Origin: Deferribacterales bacterium
GTDB taxonomy: Bacteria > Chrysiogenota > Deferribacteres > Deferribacterales > Geovibrionaceae
Length of the DNA stretch: 64,000 nt
Reading direction: 5' to 3'
Assembly: GCA_050251875.1 (NCBI GenBank)
Contig: JBFWMA010000004.1
Coordinates: 32,001 to 96,000, forward strand
The notes beneath the pieces were generated by a model. The model made no database searches. It saw only the letters and a list, made by a program, of their open reading frames with translations, and was not told the DNA's origin. A program made the translations under genes and the position numbers. Positions 37,360-48,291 of this stretch are shown piece after piece. The stretch's first letter is position 1. Each line of letters begins with the position of its first letter.

Positions 37360-39411
37360 CTAATCCGGCTGCGGAATCCACTTCTGTATTATGTTTTTCA
37401 GATCTTTTCTGGTGAAAGGTTTCGGAAGAAAATCGTTCATTCCCGCTGTAATGGCGGCGGTGCGCCTCTCCGCCACGGCGTCAGCCGTCAGGGCGATGAT
37501 GACTGCGTCTTTGCAGTGGGGCAGTTTTTTTATGGCACGGGCGGCGTCCAGACCGTCCATGACGGGCATCTGGAGATCCATCAGGATGATATCGAAGGTC
37601 GAAGCCCGTTCCTCGTCTTCCATTATTTCCAGAGCCTCTTTGCCGTTTTCCGCAAGGGTGGTGTTTATGCCTGCCGAGCGCATAATATCTAACGCCACCA
37701 TCTGGTTTATTTTGTTGTCTTCCACCAGAAGGGCGCTGATGTTCAGAGAAAACTCACCCGGTCTGTTCTGGTTCAGCATGAAAATCAGGCTGTCGTCCGG
37801 ATCGGCGTCCGCTCCGTAGTTAGGGTCAGTGTCCAGACTCAGGCGCACGGTGAATACCGCTCCCTCGCCCCATTTGCTCTCCACGTCAACCGTTCCGTTT
37901 AATATTCGCAGCAGACCGGACACGATGGACAGTCCCAGTCCTGTTCCGCCGAACATCCTCGGCGTGGTCGGGTCTATCTGCTCGAAAGGTCTGAAGAGAG
38001 AATCTTTTATCTCCTCTCTGATGCCTATGCCTGTGTCTTCAACGGTGAATCTCAGATCAGCGTGAAAATCTCCAACGCTCTCAACAGAGGCGGTTATTTT
38101 TACATGTCCTTTGTTCGTGAATCTGACGGCGTTAACGCCCAGATTCAGCAGAATCTGCGCTATTCTCAGCGGATCGCTTATTAGATATTCCGGCACTTTG
38201 TCGTCTACAGAGACGATCAGCCGGAGTGATTTCTCGTCAGCTTTTTCCTGAAGTATGAGGCTGATATTCTCCATCAGCTTTCTGATGCTGAAAGAGACGT
38301 TCTCCGGCTTCAGGCTGCCTGATTCTATCATGGAGAAATCGAGTATGTCGTTGATAGTGCCCAGAAGATGATAAGCGGATTTCTGACTCTTTTTGAGATA
38401 TTCCATTGTTTTTTCGTCTTTCGCTGATCTCATAAGAATCTGGTTGAACCCTATCACGGCGTGCAGCGGGGTTCTGATTTCGTGGCTCATGTTCGCCAGA
38501 AAAGAGCTTTTGCGTCTGTTGGCGTCTTCCGCCGAGTGTCTGGCGACCAGAAGCTCACGGGTGCGCCCCTCCACCAGCTCTTCCAGAGACTGGGAATACA
38601 TGGCGATTTCGGAGTATGCCTGCGACAGCTTCAGCGATTTTTCATCCAGCGCCTCCGCCAGAATCTCCAGCTCATCGCCGGTTCCCACAGGAGCGCAGTC
38701 CAGCGGAGACGTGCCGTCACTGTTTTTCACCTTGCGGCAGAGCTGCATAATGGGATTTGAGATGTTGGTGCTCAGTCTCTCCGCCAGCAGAATCACCACA
38801 AAGACGGTGACGCACGCCGAAAACAGCTGAAAATAGATCAGAGACTTGTTTCTCTTGTCCGAGGCGTCCTGAAGCAGTATCACCGCTGTGTCCAGAGAGC
38901 TCAGAAGCTCGTTGCTGTGGTTCTGGATAAAGTTGATCGCCTTTGTGTCGTTCGGGTTACTCATTATGTTCAGGGCGGCGTATTTATATTCCGTCCATAT
39001 CTTCTGAACAGTGTCCAGGTGGGCTATGATTTTTTCATCGGGAACAGGCAGGGAGCTTTCCGCCGTGAAGAACATGTCCACAGGAGCGGGACCGCCGCCT
39101 CTCAGAGCGTTATGAGTGGTTTCGAAAAGCCTGATGGTGTTGTATGCCTCGGATTTATATGTGAGCAGTTTTTCATTGTCTTTCTGATGCAGGTTAATCA
39201 GAAGAAGGTCTTTTGCCAGTCTTTGCGAAAGCATTCTCTGTCTGCCCGCCAGATTAACCACCAGCCCGTCGCTTTTCTGTTTATCCGCTACATAGAATGT
39301 CCCCAGAAATATGAAAGCGATCAGTACCGACATGGTTATAACAGGAATGAGAACTTTATATTTTATACTCATAATGAAACTCAGGTGGTCTATATTTATG
39401 AAATTTATCAC
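37360..39411 (-). CDS. Hybrid histidine kinase with NarX/PilJ-type periplasmic domain (start may be 39372)
   Basis: VNLAGRQRMLSQRLAK; FLANMSHEIRTPL; GGTGLGL; C-terminal REC (MDLQMPVMDG). Confidence 0.9.
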   Translation of the reverse strand: MINFINIDHLSFIMSIKYKVLIPVITMSVLIAFIFLGTFYVADKQKSDGLVVNLAGRQRMLSQRLAKDLLLINLHQKDNEKLLTYKSEAYNTIRLFETTHNALRGGGPAPVDMFFTAESSLPVPDEKIIAHLDTVQKIWTEYKYAALNIMSNPNDTKAINFIQNHSNELLSSLDTAVILLQDASDKRNKSLIYFQLFSACVTVFVVILLAERLSTNISNPIMQLCRKVKNSDGTSPLDCAPVGTGDELEILAEALDEKSLKLSQAYSEIAMYSQSLEELVEGRTRELLVARHSAEDANRRKSSFLANMSHEIRTPLHAVIGFNQILMRSAKDEKTMEYLKKSQKSAYHLLGTINDILDFSMIESGSLKPENVSFSIRKLMENISLILQEKADEKSLRLIVSVDDKVPEYLISDPLRIAQILLNLGVNAVRFTNKGHVKITASVESVGDFHADLRFTVEDTGIGIREEIKDSLFRPFEQIDPTTPRMFGGTGLGLSIVSGLLRILNGTVDVESKWGEGAVFTVRLSLDTDPNYGADADPDDSLIFMLNQNRPGEFSLNISALLVEDNKINQMVALDIMRSAGINTTLAENGKEALEIMEDEERASTFDIILMDLQMPVMDGLDAARAIKKLPHCKDAVIIALTADAVAERRTAAITAGMNDFLPKPFTRKDLKNIIQKWIPQPD

Positions 39412-39510
39412 ACTGAGTTGTATAAATCAACGAGGATAGGGGGCGAAAATATAATGAGGAAATATGCGCCGCATAGTCAATAAGGTGTATAATTCAATAT
39501 GAGGTGAGAT

Positions 39511-39903
39511 ATGAGACATTTAAAACTTATTATTCTTTCCGTGTTTTTGATGTTGTCTGTCTTGGCGGGACACACAGCCGAAAAAACCGGAGCCTATATT
39601 GCGGCGGCTGTGGACGGACCCAGCGGTTCTGCCCTGCTCAGCGGTGTGGCGGCGCGCGCTCCGTATTATATCTTTTATGACAAAACCGGAAAAGCTCTGG
39701 AGACCATCCAGAACCCCTTCCGCTCACAGCAGGCGGCAGGTCCCAGACTTACGGAATTTCTTGTTTCTAAAGGCGTCAGGATATTCGTGGCTCAGTCTTT
39801 CGGAAGCGGAAGGATGCCCGCTCTGATGACGTCCAGAGGAGTTCTGCTGAAAGAATTCAATGGAACGGCGGACGATGCCGTTAAGCAGTTGATTAAGAAA
39901 TGA
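39511..39903 (+). CDS. NifB/NifX-family (FeMo-cofactor-binding fold) protein with signal peptide
   Basis: IAAAVDG...ARAPYYIFYD...NPF...AG...LVSKGV. Confidence 0.7.
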   Translation: MRHLKLIILSVFLMLSVLAGHTAEKTGAYIAAAVDGPSGSALLSGVAARAPYYIFYDKTGKALETIQNPFRSQQAAGPRLTEFLVSKGVRIFVAQSFGSGRMPALMTSRGVLLKEFNGTADDAVKQLIKK

Positions 39904-39907
39904 TTAT

Positions 39908-39935
39908 AAAAAAGCAGGGTTCCCCTGCTTTTTTT
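39908..39935 (+). terminator. Intrinsic terminator
   Basis: AAAAAAGCAGGG-TTC-CCCTGCTTTTTTT. Confidence 0.8.
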
Positions 39936-40003
39936 AGTGTCGATTTCGTAAATAAAAGTTGTATAATACACAATAAATATATTCATTAAGCGGGTTTTAA
40001 TTG

Positions 40004-41203
40004 ATGAGCGCGGATTCTGACTTCATTAAAGGGTTACAGGGTGAGGTCTCTATGCTGGAGGAGCTCCTGGAGCGCTCCAGAGTGGGGTATCACTCGCTGG
40101 ACGCAAACGGCAACGTGATATATGTGAACAACGTGTGGCTGAACACTCTCGGATACAAACGTGACGAGGTGATAGGCGAGTGGTTCGGAAAATTCATCCA
40201 CGAAAGCTATCTGGACAAATTCAAAGCAAACTTCCCGAAACTCAGAGAGAAAGGCATCATAGAAAACTTCACCTTTGTGCTGAAGCACAGGGACGGAAGC
40301 CCAGTGGAGCTTATCTTTAACGGCATGGCGGAGAAAGACGCCAACGGAGAGTTTGTGAAAACCCTGTCCGCATTCCACTCGAACAGTCCGGAACAGAAGA
40401 CGCTCTATGGAAATATAGACGAAAAACTGATTAACAAATCCAGAATGGAGCTCATGGGAGAAATGATGAGCGCTGTGGCGCACCACTGGCGCCAGCCTCT
40501 GAACGCTCTGGGGCTTCTGATTCAGGATAATGAGGATATTTTAAACGAGTCAGAAGCCGAGTTTCCCGAGATTATAGAAAATATCAAAAGCTCCATGCAG
40601 ATAATCATGAAGATGTCTGAGACCATAGACCAGTTCTGCGCTTTTTCCGTGCCTTCAAAGGGGGCGGAGCCGCTGAACCTGACAGAGCTCATTATAAACA
40701 CTCTGGACATAATGGCGGACAAGCTGAAGGACTGCCTCATAGATTTCTCGTTCATCAGCGAATGTCCGAAGGATTATTATCACTGTTTCAACGAAGTGCC
40801 CCCGGTGGACTGCGCCAGCAATGTTTATTACATCAGCGGCGTCAGACAGGATGTGATTCAGGTTCTCCTGAATGTGATATCCAACGCGGTGTACGCCGTC
40901 ACACGATCCATAGCCAACGACACGATATCCAGAGGCAAGATAGACTTTCATGTAAAAAATACGGATAAATCAGTCACTATGAGTATTCTGAACAACGGCG
41001 ACAAAATCCCCGAAGAGATTCTGCCCAGAATATTCGAACCCTATTTCTCTACCAAAGGTCAGGGAGACGGGGACGGTATGGGGCTTTACACCTGTAAGGT
41101 GATAGTGGAAAAACACCTCTCCGGCACTGTCAGCATAGGAAACACGGACAGCGGGGTTATGTTCGTTCTGGAGATTCCGGTGATTTCAGTTAAAAGCGTC
41201 TGA
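40004..41203 (+). CDS. PAS sensor histidine kinase
   Basis: GYHSLDANG PAS; HHWRQPL; GDGMGL. Confidence 0.88.
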   Translation: MSADSDFIKGLQGEVSMLEELLERSRVGYHSLDANGNVIYVNNVWLNTLGYKRDEVIGEWFGKFIHESYLDKFKANFPKLREKGIIENFTFVLKHRDGSPVELIFNGMAEKDANGEFVKTLSAFHSNSPEQKTLYGNIDEKLINKSRMELMGEMMSAVAHHWRQPLNALGLLIQDNEDILNESEAEFPEIIENIKSSMQIIMKMSETIDQFCAFSVPSKGAEPLNLTELIINTLDIMADKLKDCLIDFSFISECPKDYYHCFNEVPPVDCASNVYYISGVRQDVIQVLLNVISNAVYAVTRSIANDTISRGKIDFHVKNTDKSVTMSILNNGDKIPEEILPRIFEPYFSTKGQGDGDGMGLYTCKVIVEKHLSGTVSIGNTDSGVMFVLEIPVISVKSV

Positions 41204-41278
41204 ATACTTATTTTTCTGTAACGTCCTCTTTCTTTTATGCTAAACTCTGTGTATCGAAAACAGAAAAGAAAGGATCTA

Positions 41279-41695
41279 ATGAGAATCAGATGCGCCGCCA
41301 ATACGGATAATCTTGCGGATATACTTAATAAAACAGAGATTTACGCCGAAAAGGCGGGTCTCTCACAGGAACAGTCGCTCAATCTGCTCCTTCTGACGGA
41401 AGAGCTGGCTGCCAATGTCATCAACTATGCCTATGAGAGCAAAGACGGAGGGCTGGAGATAGAGACTTCCGCTGACGATTTCAGCGTCCGCCTGACCGTT
41501 ATGGACAGCGGAAAAGAATTCAACCCGCTGCTGATACCGGATCCGGATACCGCCGCTCCTCTTCAGGAGAGAAAGATAGGCGGACTGGGAATCTTTCTGG
41601 TGAAGCAGTTCGCAGACAGCATTTCATACCGCAGAGAGGACGGAATGAACATCACCTCTCTCATTCTGAAAAGGGACGGTGCAGGTAATGCTTGA
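41279..41695 (+). CDS. Anti-sigma factor / RsbW-like ATP-binding protein
   Basis: EELAANVINYAY, DSGKEFNP, GGLGIFLV. Confidence 0.88.
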   Translation: MRIRCAANTDNLADILNKTEIYAEKAGLSQEQSLNLLLLTEELAANVINYAYESKDGGLEIETSADDFSVRLTVMDSGKEFNPLLIPDPDTAAPLQERKIGGLGIFLVKQFADSISYRREDGMNITSLILKRDGAGNA

Positions 41696-41729
41696 ACAAT
41701 CAATATCAATCAGAAAAATTGTGTGACGT

Positions 41730-43337
41730 ATGAAGATATCAGGGAATATAGTCAACATCGAAAGGCGTGAGATTTTCCCGGGTACCGTGACAGTGGAGAA
41801 CGGGAAAATCATTGAGATATCAAAGGATGACGCTGTTTATGACAGATACATCCTTCCACCGTTCATCGACTCCCATGTTCATGTGGAAAGCTCCATGCTG
41901 ATTCCCACGGAATTTGCCAGACTCGCCAGCGTTCACGGCACCGGAGCGTGTGTGAGCGACCCGCACGAGATTGCGAACGTTCTGGGCGCAGAGGGCGTTT
42001 ATTTCATGCTGGACAACGCCGGAAAGACTCCTTTCCGGTTCTATTTCGGCGCTCCGTCATGCGTTCCCGCCACTCCTTTTGAAACAGCGGGCGGCAGGGT
42101 CACTTCCGAAGATATCGAAACCATGTTTCAGGACAGCCGGATAAAATATCTCAGCGAAATGATGAACGTTCCCGGTGTGCTTTTCGATGATGAAACCGTT
42201 AAAACGAAAATCGATCTGGCGAAAAAATCCGGCAGACCAGTGGACGGACACTCGCCCATGCTGACAGGAGATGATCTCAGAAAATATATAAGTGCCGGAA
42301 TCACTGCCGATCACGAGGCGATCACTCTTTTCGAGGGCAGAGAGAAGATAGCTCTGGGGATGAAGATACAGATCAGAGAGGGTTCAGCGGCGAAAAACTT
42401 CGAGGCCTTGTATCCTCTGCTGAACGAGAGTCCGGAGATGTGCATGCTGTGCAGTGACGATCTGCATCCGGACAATCTGACGGAAGGTCACATCAATCTG
42501 CTGGTGAAACGGGCGGTGAAAGAGGGTGTAGACGTGTTCAATGTCCTCACTGCCGCCTGCGTGACACCTGTCAGACACTATGATCTGGACTGCGGGCTTC
42601 TGAACGAAGGCGACAGCGCAGACATGATAGTGGTGAACAATCTGGAAGAATTCCGTGTGTCTGAGGTATATATAAAAGGAATAATCTGCTCCGGAGACGG
42701 CGAGCCCTATCTGGAAAATATCCGAGAGGCGCATATGAACCGCTTCGAGGCTGTGGAGAAACAGCCGGAAGATTTTCTGGTGAGGGCGGAGGGCGCTCTG
42801 GATGTGATAACGGTCACTGACGGACAGCTGGTGACCGGCAGGGAGAAGGCGGAACCCAGAACAAAAGACGGATATGCCCTGAGCGACACGGAGAGGGATA
42901 TCCTAAAAATAGCCGTGATAAACAGATATGCCGATGTCCCGCCGGCTAAGGCTTTTGTTAAAAACTTCGGACTGAAGAACGGAGCTTTCGCCTCCAGCGT
43001 TGCCCACGACTCGCATAATATCATATGTGTGGGAACGGACGACAGGAGCATGGCGAGAGCGGTTAATATAGTGATAAAAAACAGCGGAGGGCTGTCGTTC
43101 GTCTCCGGCGCTGCGGAGATGGAGCTGGCTCTGCCCGTTGCCGGGCTGATGACGGACGCTGACGGCTATGAGACGGCTGAACTCTATAAGAACATCGACA
43201 GGGCTGTTAAAGACGCCGGATGCGCTCTGAGCGCTCCTTTTATGACATTGTCATTCATGGCTCTGCTGGTGATTCCCGCTCTGAAGCTGAGCGATAAGGG
43301 ACTTTTTGACGGTGAGTCTTTCAGTTTTGTGGATTGA
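41730..43337 (+). CDS. ade: Adenine deaminase
   Basis: DSHVHVESSML, DPHEIANV, REGSAAKN, SVAHDSHN. Confidence 0.94.
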   Translation: MKISGNIVNIERREIFPGTVTVENGKIIEISKDDAVYDRYILPPFIDSHVHVESSMLIPTEFARLASVHGTGACVSDPHEIANVLGAEGVYFMLDNAGKTPFRFYFGAPSCVPATPFETAGGRVTSEDIETMFQDSRIKYLSEMMNVPGVLFDDETVKTKIDLAKKSGRPVDGHSPMLTGDDLRKYISAGITADHEAITLFEGREKIALGMKIQIREGSAAKNFEALYPLLNESPEMCMLCSDDLHPDNLTEGHINLLVKRAVKEGVDVFNVLTAACVTPVRHYDLDCGLLNEGDSADMIVVNNLEEFRVSEVYIKGIICSGDGEPYLENIREAHMNRFEAVEKQPEDFLVRAEGALDVITVTDGQLVTGREKAEPRTKDGYALSDTERDILKIAVINRYADVPPAKAFVKNFGLKNGAFASSVAHDSHNIICVGTDDRSMARAVNIVIKNSGGLSFVSGAAEMELALPVAGLMTDADGYETAELYKNIDRAVKDAGCALSAPFMTLSFMALLVIPALKLSDKGLFDGESFSFVD

Positions 43338-43890
43338 GCCCTGAGTATACGTCAAAAGCGTCTTCCATAGCGCCTGACTTGATCCCCAGATAGGGGAAAT
43401 GCCCGTACCACAGGCTCAGGTTCTCTTCTCTGGATTTGTCCGGATTCTCATTTTTCACGGTGTACATATACAGCGCCGTTGCCAGACCTGTTCTGTCTGA
43501 CCCGCCCATGCAGTGTATCAGAATGGGTTTAGGGGCGTTTCTGACCGTATCCACGAATCTCTGCATATCATCCGCCGGGGGCTGGTTTCTGGACGACCAC
43601 TGAAAATCGTAATGGGCTATGCCCAGCTTTTCAGATACCGCCAGCTCGTCTTTATACCACTGCTTTTCCGGTTTTGCGCCACGCAGGTTTATTATGGTCT
43701 TTATGCCGTATTTGCCGTGTATCTTTTCCACTGTCTCCGGTGTCGGCTGGGCGCTGCGGTAGAGCTCGCCCTCCACCACGGTGAAAAAGTTTCCGCCCAT
43801 GAACACATACCAGAACCATACGCAGAAGAGTATCAGAAAGACGGAGACGGCTGAAAGCAGGGTGTGTTTTAAACGGAATTTAATACGCAA
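43321..43890 (-). CDS. Dual-specificity/tyrosine phosphatase-family protein, membrane-anchored
   Basis: LYRSAQP, INLRG, HCMGGSDRTG (CX5R); TTG start inferred from AGAGGA RBS. Confidence 0.85.
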   Translation of the reverse strand: MRIKFRLKHTLLSAVSVFLILFCVWFWYVFMGGNFFTVVEGELYRSAQPTPETVEKIHGKYGIKTIINLRGAKPEKQWYKDELAVSEKLGIAHYDFQWSSRNQPPADDMQRFVDTVRNAPKPILIHCMGGSDRTGLATALYMYTVKNENPDKSREENLSLWYGHFPYLGIKSGAMEDAFDVYSGLNPQN

Positions 43891-43996
43891 AAGATTTTCC
43901 TCTATATCTGTTTCATTAGAGACAAGTATAGTTAGATAAAGTTTAAAATCCATGAAAAAAAAAGACCCGTGTTTTCACACGGGTCATTTGATTATG

Positions 43997-44584
43997 TTAT
44001 TTCTTCGGGGTCATCTCCATGTCGATGGTTATCCTGACCTCGGTGCCCACCTGAAGCCCGCCGTTGTCCATCAGCCCGTTCCAGCTGACGCCGAAATCGT
44101 TTCTGTTGATAACGGTGTAGGCTTTGGCGCCTCTGCGCTTATTGCCCCAGGGGTCTGTGATCGCCTCTGTGGGGCCTTCCACCTTCAGCACCACCTCTTT
44201 TGTGACGCCCCTGATAGTCAGGTCGCCTGTGACAGCCAGCGTTCCGTCAGGATTCTTTGTCACCCTTTTAGAAACGAAGGTCATTTTATTATATTTTTCC
44301 AGATCGAAGAAATCCGCCGTTTTCAGGTGGTTGTCACGCTGTGCCACTCCTGTGTTTACAGAAGCAACGTCTATCTCCACCTTCACGGATGATTTGGTGA
44401 TATCCTTCTCATTCAGGCTCACCACGCCTCTCACCTCCGGAAACATTCCCTGAACATCCGACACCATCAGGTGTCTGACGCTGAAAAAAGCGTTAGTGTG
44501 ATATGTATCAATATTCCATTCGCCGGCATAGGCTGTGGCGCCGAGAGCAAAAACCGCCATAATGCTTAAAATGAACCGTTTCAT
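43997..44584 (-). CDS. YceI-family periplasmic protein
   Basis: Signal peptide; FSVRHL, RDNHLKTADFFD, INRNDFGV. Confidence 0.92.
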   Translation of the reverse strand: MKRFILSIMAVFALGATAYAGEWNIDTYHTNAFFSVRHLMVSDVQGMFPEVRGVVSLNEKDITKSSVKVEIDVASVNTGVAQRDNHLKTADFFDLEKYNKMTFVSKRVTKNPDGTLAVTGDLTIRGVTKEVVLKVEGPTEAITDPWGNKRRGAKAYTVINRNDFGVSWNGLMDNGGLQVGTEVRITIDMEMTPKK

Positions 44585-44787
44585 GTCGTTCTCCTTTAAT
44601 CTGAGGTCTCTTAATGTTAAATTAATAATAAGGGCGGAATACGCAATAGGAAAAGAGGAGCGTAATTATCTGAATTTAATTTTGCGTTTGTTATAAATGT
44701 AGTGTAAAATAATGATATTTATTATTTAGAATATTTTATTTGTTCTGACGCGAATGATGAAATATAATAAAATAATATTCAAGCATT

Positions 44788-46839
44788 TTGCGGGGTACTA
44801 CTTTGCTGACGAAGATAGTGAATCTGAATGAGATCGACACTCTCAAACTGATCATAGACGCTCTGGACGCACTGGTCTATGTGGTGGAGCTGGATACATA
44901 TGAGATACTCTTTGCCAACAAAAAGTGCTATGAGGAGTTCGGCGATATCATAGGCAGACCCTGCTTCGAGGCTCTTCAGGTGGGGATGACGACTCCCTGC
45001 GGCGGATGCGTCTTCGCCGACGACACTTTCAAAGAGAACACATCCAACTATAAATGGGAGCACACCAACTCCCGAAACAAAAAAACATATCTTTTCAGCA
45101 CAAAGATGCTGAGCCTGAACGGCAGAAGGATAAAAATTCAGGTCGGAATAGACATATCCGAGCAGAAAAAGCTGGAAGCCGAGATCAACGAACAGCAGAA
45201 GAAACACATAGAGACGTTCGAGACGTTTACCAACGCCACTATAGAGGCGCTGATTATTTATGACAAAAACAAGAAATGTTATAAGGTGAATAAAGTCGCT
45301 CCGGAGATGCTAGGTTATACCGCTTCTGAGATGATCGGCATGGACGCTCTGGATTTCATAGCGGAAGAATCGCTGGAGCACGTCCGCACAGTGATACAAA
45401 ACCGCAATCAGGAACCCTATGAAGCCTACATGGTGAGAAAAGACGGGTCAAAATTTCCGGCTATCCTTCGCGGAAAGGACATCATGCTGAACAACAAGAC
45501 CATCAGGGTCTCAGCAGTCCTGGACATCACCGAGATAAAAGAGAAAGAGAAGCTGATTTCCAACCTCGCCTATTATGATTCGCTCACATCTCTGCCCAAC
45601 AGAGTTCTGCTGGAGAGACAGGTGGTTCAGCTGATATCAAAGACGCAGAGAACGAAGGTCTACTGCGCTATGATGTTCATAGATCTCGATCATTTCAAAA
45701 CAGTCAACGACACGAAAGGTCACATCATAGGCGACCAGATTCTGGTGGAGTGCGCCGCCAGGCTGAAGAGCATTACCAGAGGATACGACATTGTCGCCCG
45801 TTTCGGCGGCGATGAGTTTATCATCGTTATAGACACTCAGACCACAGATAAAGCCAAAGCGATAGACATGATAACCGCTGTGGCGAACAAGGTTATCAAA
45901 ACAATTAAAATGCCTTTCGAGATAAACAAAGACATTTTTCAGCTCAGCGCCAGTGTCGGCATAGTGGATTTCAACGACCAGCAGGACTTTGTGGAACTGC
46001 TGAAACTGGCGGACAGCGCCATGTACCATGCCAAAGACAACGGCAGGGACAATTTTAACTTTTTCAACCCCGATCTCCAAAGCGAGATACAGAGGAAGGC
46101 TCTGGTTCTGGAGAGGCTCAGGGACGCCATTCATAACAATAAACTTCAGGTACACTATCAGAAACAGGTGGACTGCTGTGAGAATGTCATCGGCGTGGAG
46201 GCTCTCGCCAGATGGAATGACGATGTGCTTGGAAGCGTGAGTCCGGCGGAGTTCATCCCCATAGCCGAGGAGAGCGGGCTGATAGTCCGGTTCGGCGAAT
46301 ATGTGCTGGATGAGGCGGGAAAACTGCTCGCCGAGTGGAGCACTGACGAGGAGAAGAAAAAATGGCGGGTGTCCGTGAACATCAGCCTGAACCAGTTCGA
46401 CAGAGAAGAGTTCGTCAGCCTTATCAGAAGCGTGGTGGAAAAATACAAAATTCAGGCGAACGTGCTCCGGCTGGAGATTACAGAAAGCCTGCTGTTGAAA
46501 AACGCCGAAAACGCCCTTAGAAAAATAGAATATCTGAAAAATTTCGGAGTGACTATCTCCATCGATGATTTCGGCACAGGCTATTCGTCTCTGTCATATC
46601 TGAAAAAACTGCCCATAGACGAGCTGAAGATAGACCAGTCTTTTATCAAAGATATTCTGACGGATGAGAATGACGTTACTATCGTTATGGCTATCATCGC
46701 CATCGGCAAAAAATTCGGCTTCGAGGTCATCGCCGAGGGTGTCGAGACAACGGAGCTGTATGAAAAGCTGAAAAGCATGGGCTGTGATTATTATCAGGGA
46801 TTTCTTTTTTCCAGACCATCGCCCAAGGAAACGCTTTAG
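44788..46839 (+). CDS. PAS-GGDEF-EAL protein (start uncertain)
   Basis: ARFGGDEF, EALARW, DDFGTGYSS. Confidence 0.92.
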   Translation: MRGTTLLTKIVNLNEIDTLKLIIDALDALVYVVELDTYEILFANKKCYEEFGDIIGRPCFEALQVGMTTPCGGCVFADDTFKENTSNYKWEHTNSRNKKTYLFSTKMLSLNGRRIKIQVGIDISEQKKLEAEINEQQKKHIETFETFTNATIEALIIYDKNKKCYKVNKVAPEMLGYTASEMIGMDALDFIAEESLEHVRTVIQNRNQEPYEAYMVRKDGSKFPAILRGKDIMLNNKTIRVSAVLDITEIKEKEKLISNLAYYDSLTSLPNRVLLERQVVQLISKTQRTKVYCAMMFIDLDHFKTVNDTKGHIIGDQILVECAARLKSITRGYDIVARFGGDEFIIVIDTQTTDKAKAIDMITAVANKVIKTIKMPFEINKDIFQLSASVGIVDFNDQQDFVELLKLADSAMYHAKDNGRDNFNFFNPDLQSEIQRKALVLERLRDAIHNNKLQVHYQKQVDCCENVIGVEALARWNDDVLGSVSPAEFIPIAEESGLIVRFGEYVLDEAGKLLAEWSTDEEKKKWRVSVNISLNQFDREEFVSLIRSVVEKYKIQANVLRLEITESLLLKNAENALRKIEYLKNFGVTISIDDFGTGYSSLSYLKKLPIDELKIDQSFIKDILTDENDVTIVMAIIAIGKKFGFEVIAEGVETTELYEKLKSMGCDYYQGFLFSRPSPKETL

Positions 46840-46850
46840 TCAGCCGTCCT

Positions 46851-48131
46851 TTATTTGCCCGACATCTCTATCAGCTTCAGCAGATATCTGGATTTTACCT
46901 GTTCGCTTGCCATCATGCGCTTGACCGGGGGCAGTTTCAACACAGCGCCCAGAACAGCCGCCATCGCTCTGTGGGAGAACAGAGCCCGGTTATCGAATAT
47001 CAGATGTTCCAGACCGCCCCGCTCCACAGCCATCATCACAGCTTTGTGCACGCCCGTTTCGGGGGTTATTATCCGTTTTTCTCTGGTTTTCAGCGTCAGA
47101 GCGTCTGTTTTGCATCCTCTCAGACACACGCCGCACCCCAGACATATTTTCTCATCCAGCTTAGCCAGTTTCTTTTTAGGTTTTTTCGGGTCGTTGGCGG
47201 AGACCATCGTCATTGCCTCCACAGGGCAGAGCTCAGCGCATTTTCCGCATCCGGTGCATTTTTCCGCCTCTATTTCCGGCAGAAAATATGAGGTGTGCAC
47301 AGGGTTCATAATGCCGAATTTCCGAGCGGCTATCATCGCCTCGCAGCAGCATCCGCAGCAGTTGCAGATGAAACTGACCTCGGTCTTGCTGTTTTCGCCG
47401 AACTGCACCAGATTGTGGTCGTATGCCTGCGCCAGCAGATCCATACACTCAGACACGTCTATCTGTCGGGCGTATCCGTGCCTTATCAGCGAACTGCCCA
47501 CGCTGTTGAACGTCATGCAGATGTCCATGGGCGCATCGCAAGCCATGCCCATGTGCTGCATCTTGTGACGGCAGTAGCACATGCTGACGCCTATGTGGCT
47601 GGCTGTTTTTATCACCTCTGTGGCTCTTTCGTAGTCGAGCACATAAAGATTGTTGTCTTCGGAAAGGAGGGATTCGTTGACGAATACACGCCCCAGCTGG
47701 GTCTCTCCGTTCACGAATAGATTTTTGATAAAATCTTCCTCCATATTCAGATATTGATGGTAGAGCTGTCCGAGGAGCGCCTGATCTATGTCGCCTCTGG
47801 TGCGCATCATGGAAAACTCGAAAAAACCTGCCATTGGAGGCGGGAGAACGTATGTCATTTCGCCGTTTTCTATGATGTCCAGAAGCAGAGCCCTGTCGCA
47901 GAGCAGATCGAGCTGTTTTTTCGCTTCCAGCTCGCTGACTTTCCATATTTCGGCGGCTGTTTTCGCTTTAAACGGCTTTATGGGTATCTGGGCGATGAGA
48001 GCCGCCTCTTTTTCCGTCATCAGAATTGAGAGTATTTTGTAAAGTGATTCGGACGCCGGAGCGCCCTGCGGAAATCTGTTGATTCTGCTTATCAGATCGC
48101 TGTATCCGTGTTTCGCTGTGTGATGTGCCAT
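46851..48131 (-). CDS. 4Fe-4S-binding protein
   Basis: CYCRH, ICNCCGCCC, two CxxCxxCxxxC motifs. Confidence 0.85.
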   Translation of the reverse strand: MAHHTAKHGYSDLISRINRFPQGAPASESLYKILSILMTEKEAALIAQIPIKPFKAKTAAEIWKVSELEAKKQLDLLCDRALLLDIIENGEMTYVLPPPMAGFFEFSMMRTRGDIDQALLGQLYHQYLNMEEDFIKNLFVNGETQLGRVFVNESLLSEDNNLYVLDYERATEVIKTASHIGVSMCYCRHKMQHMGMACDAPMDICMTFNSVGSSLIRHGYARQIDVSECMDLLAQAYDHNLVQFGENSKTEVSFICNCCGCCCEAMIAARKFGIMNPVHTSYFLPEIEAEKCTGCGKCAELCPVEAMTMVSANDPKKPKKKLAKLDEKICLGCGVCLRGCKTDALTLKTREKRIITPETGVHKAVMMAVERGGLEHLIFDNRALFSHRAMAAVLGAVLKLPPVKRMMASEQVKSRYLLKLIEMSGK

Positions 48132-48291
48132 AATAAAACCTCTTGCTTATTCAGTATAGCAGATGACTCGGTTTGAACGCTAACGAAAAAACACGCCGGA
48201 TTAAGCATGAATTTTAGAATTGTCTTCAGATTGTCACATGTTCACACCGAAGAAGTGATGTATAGTTAATTAAAATTGCACGGAGGCAGTT

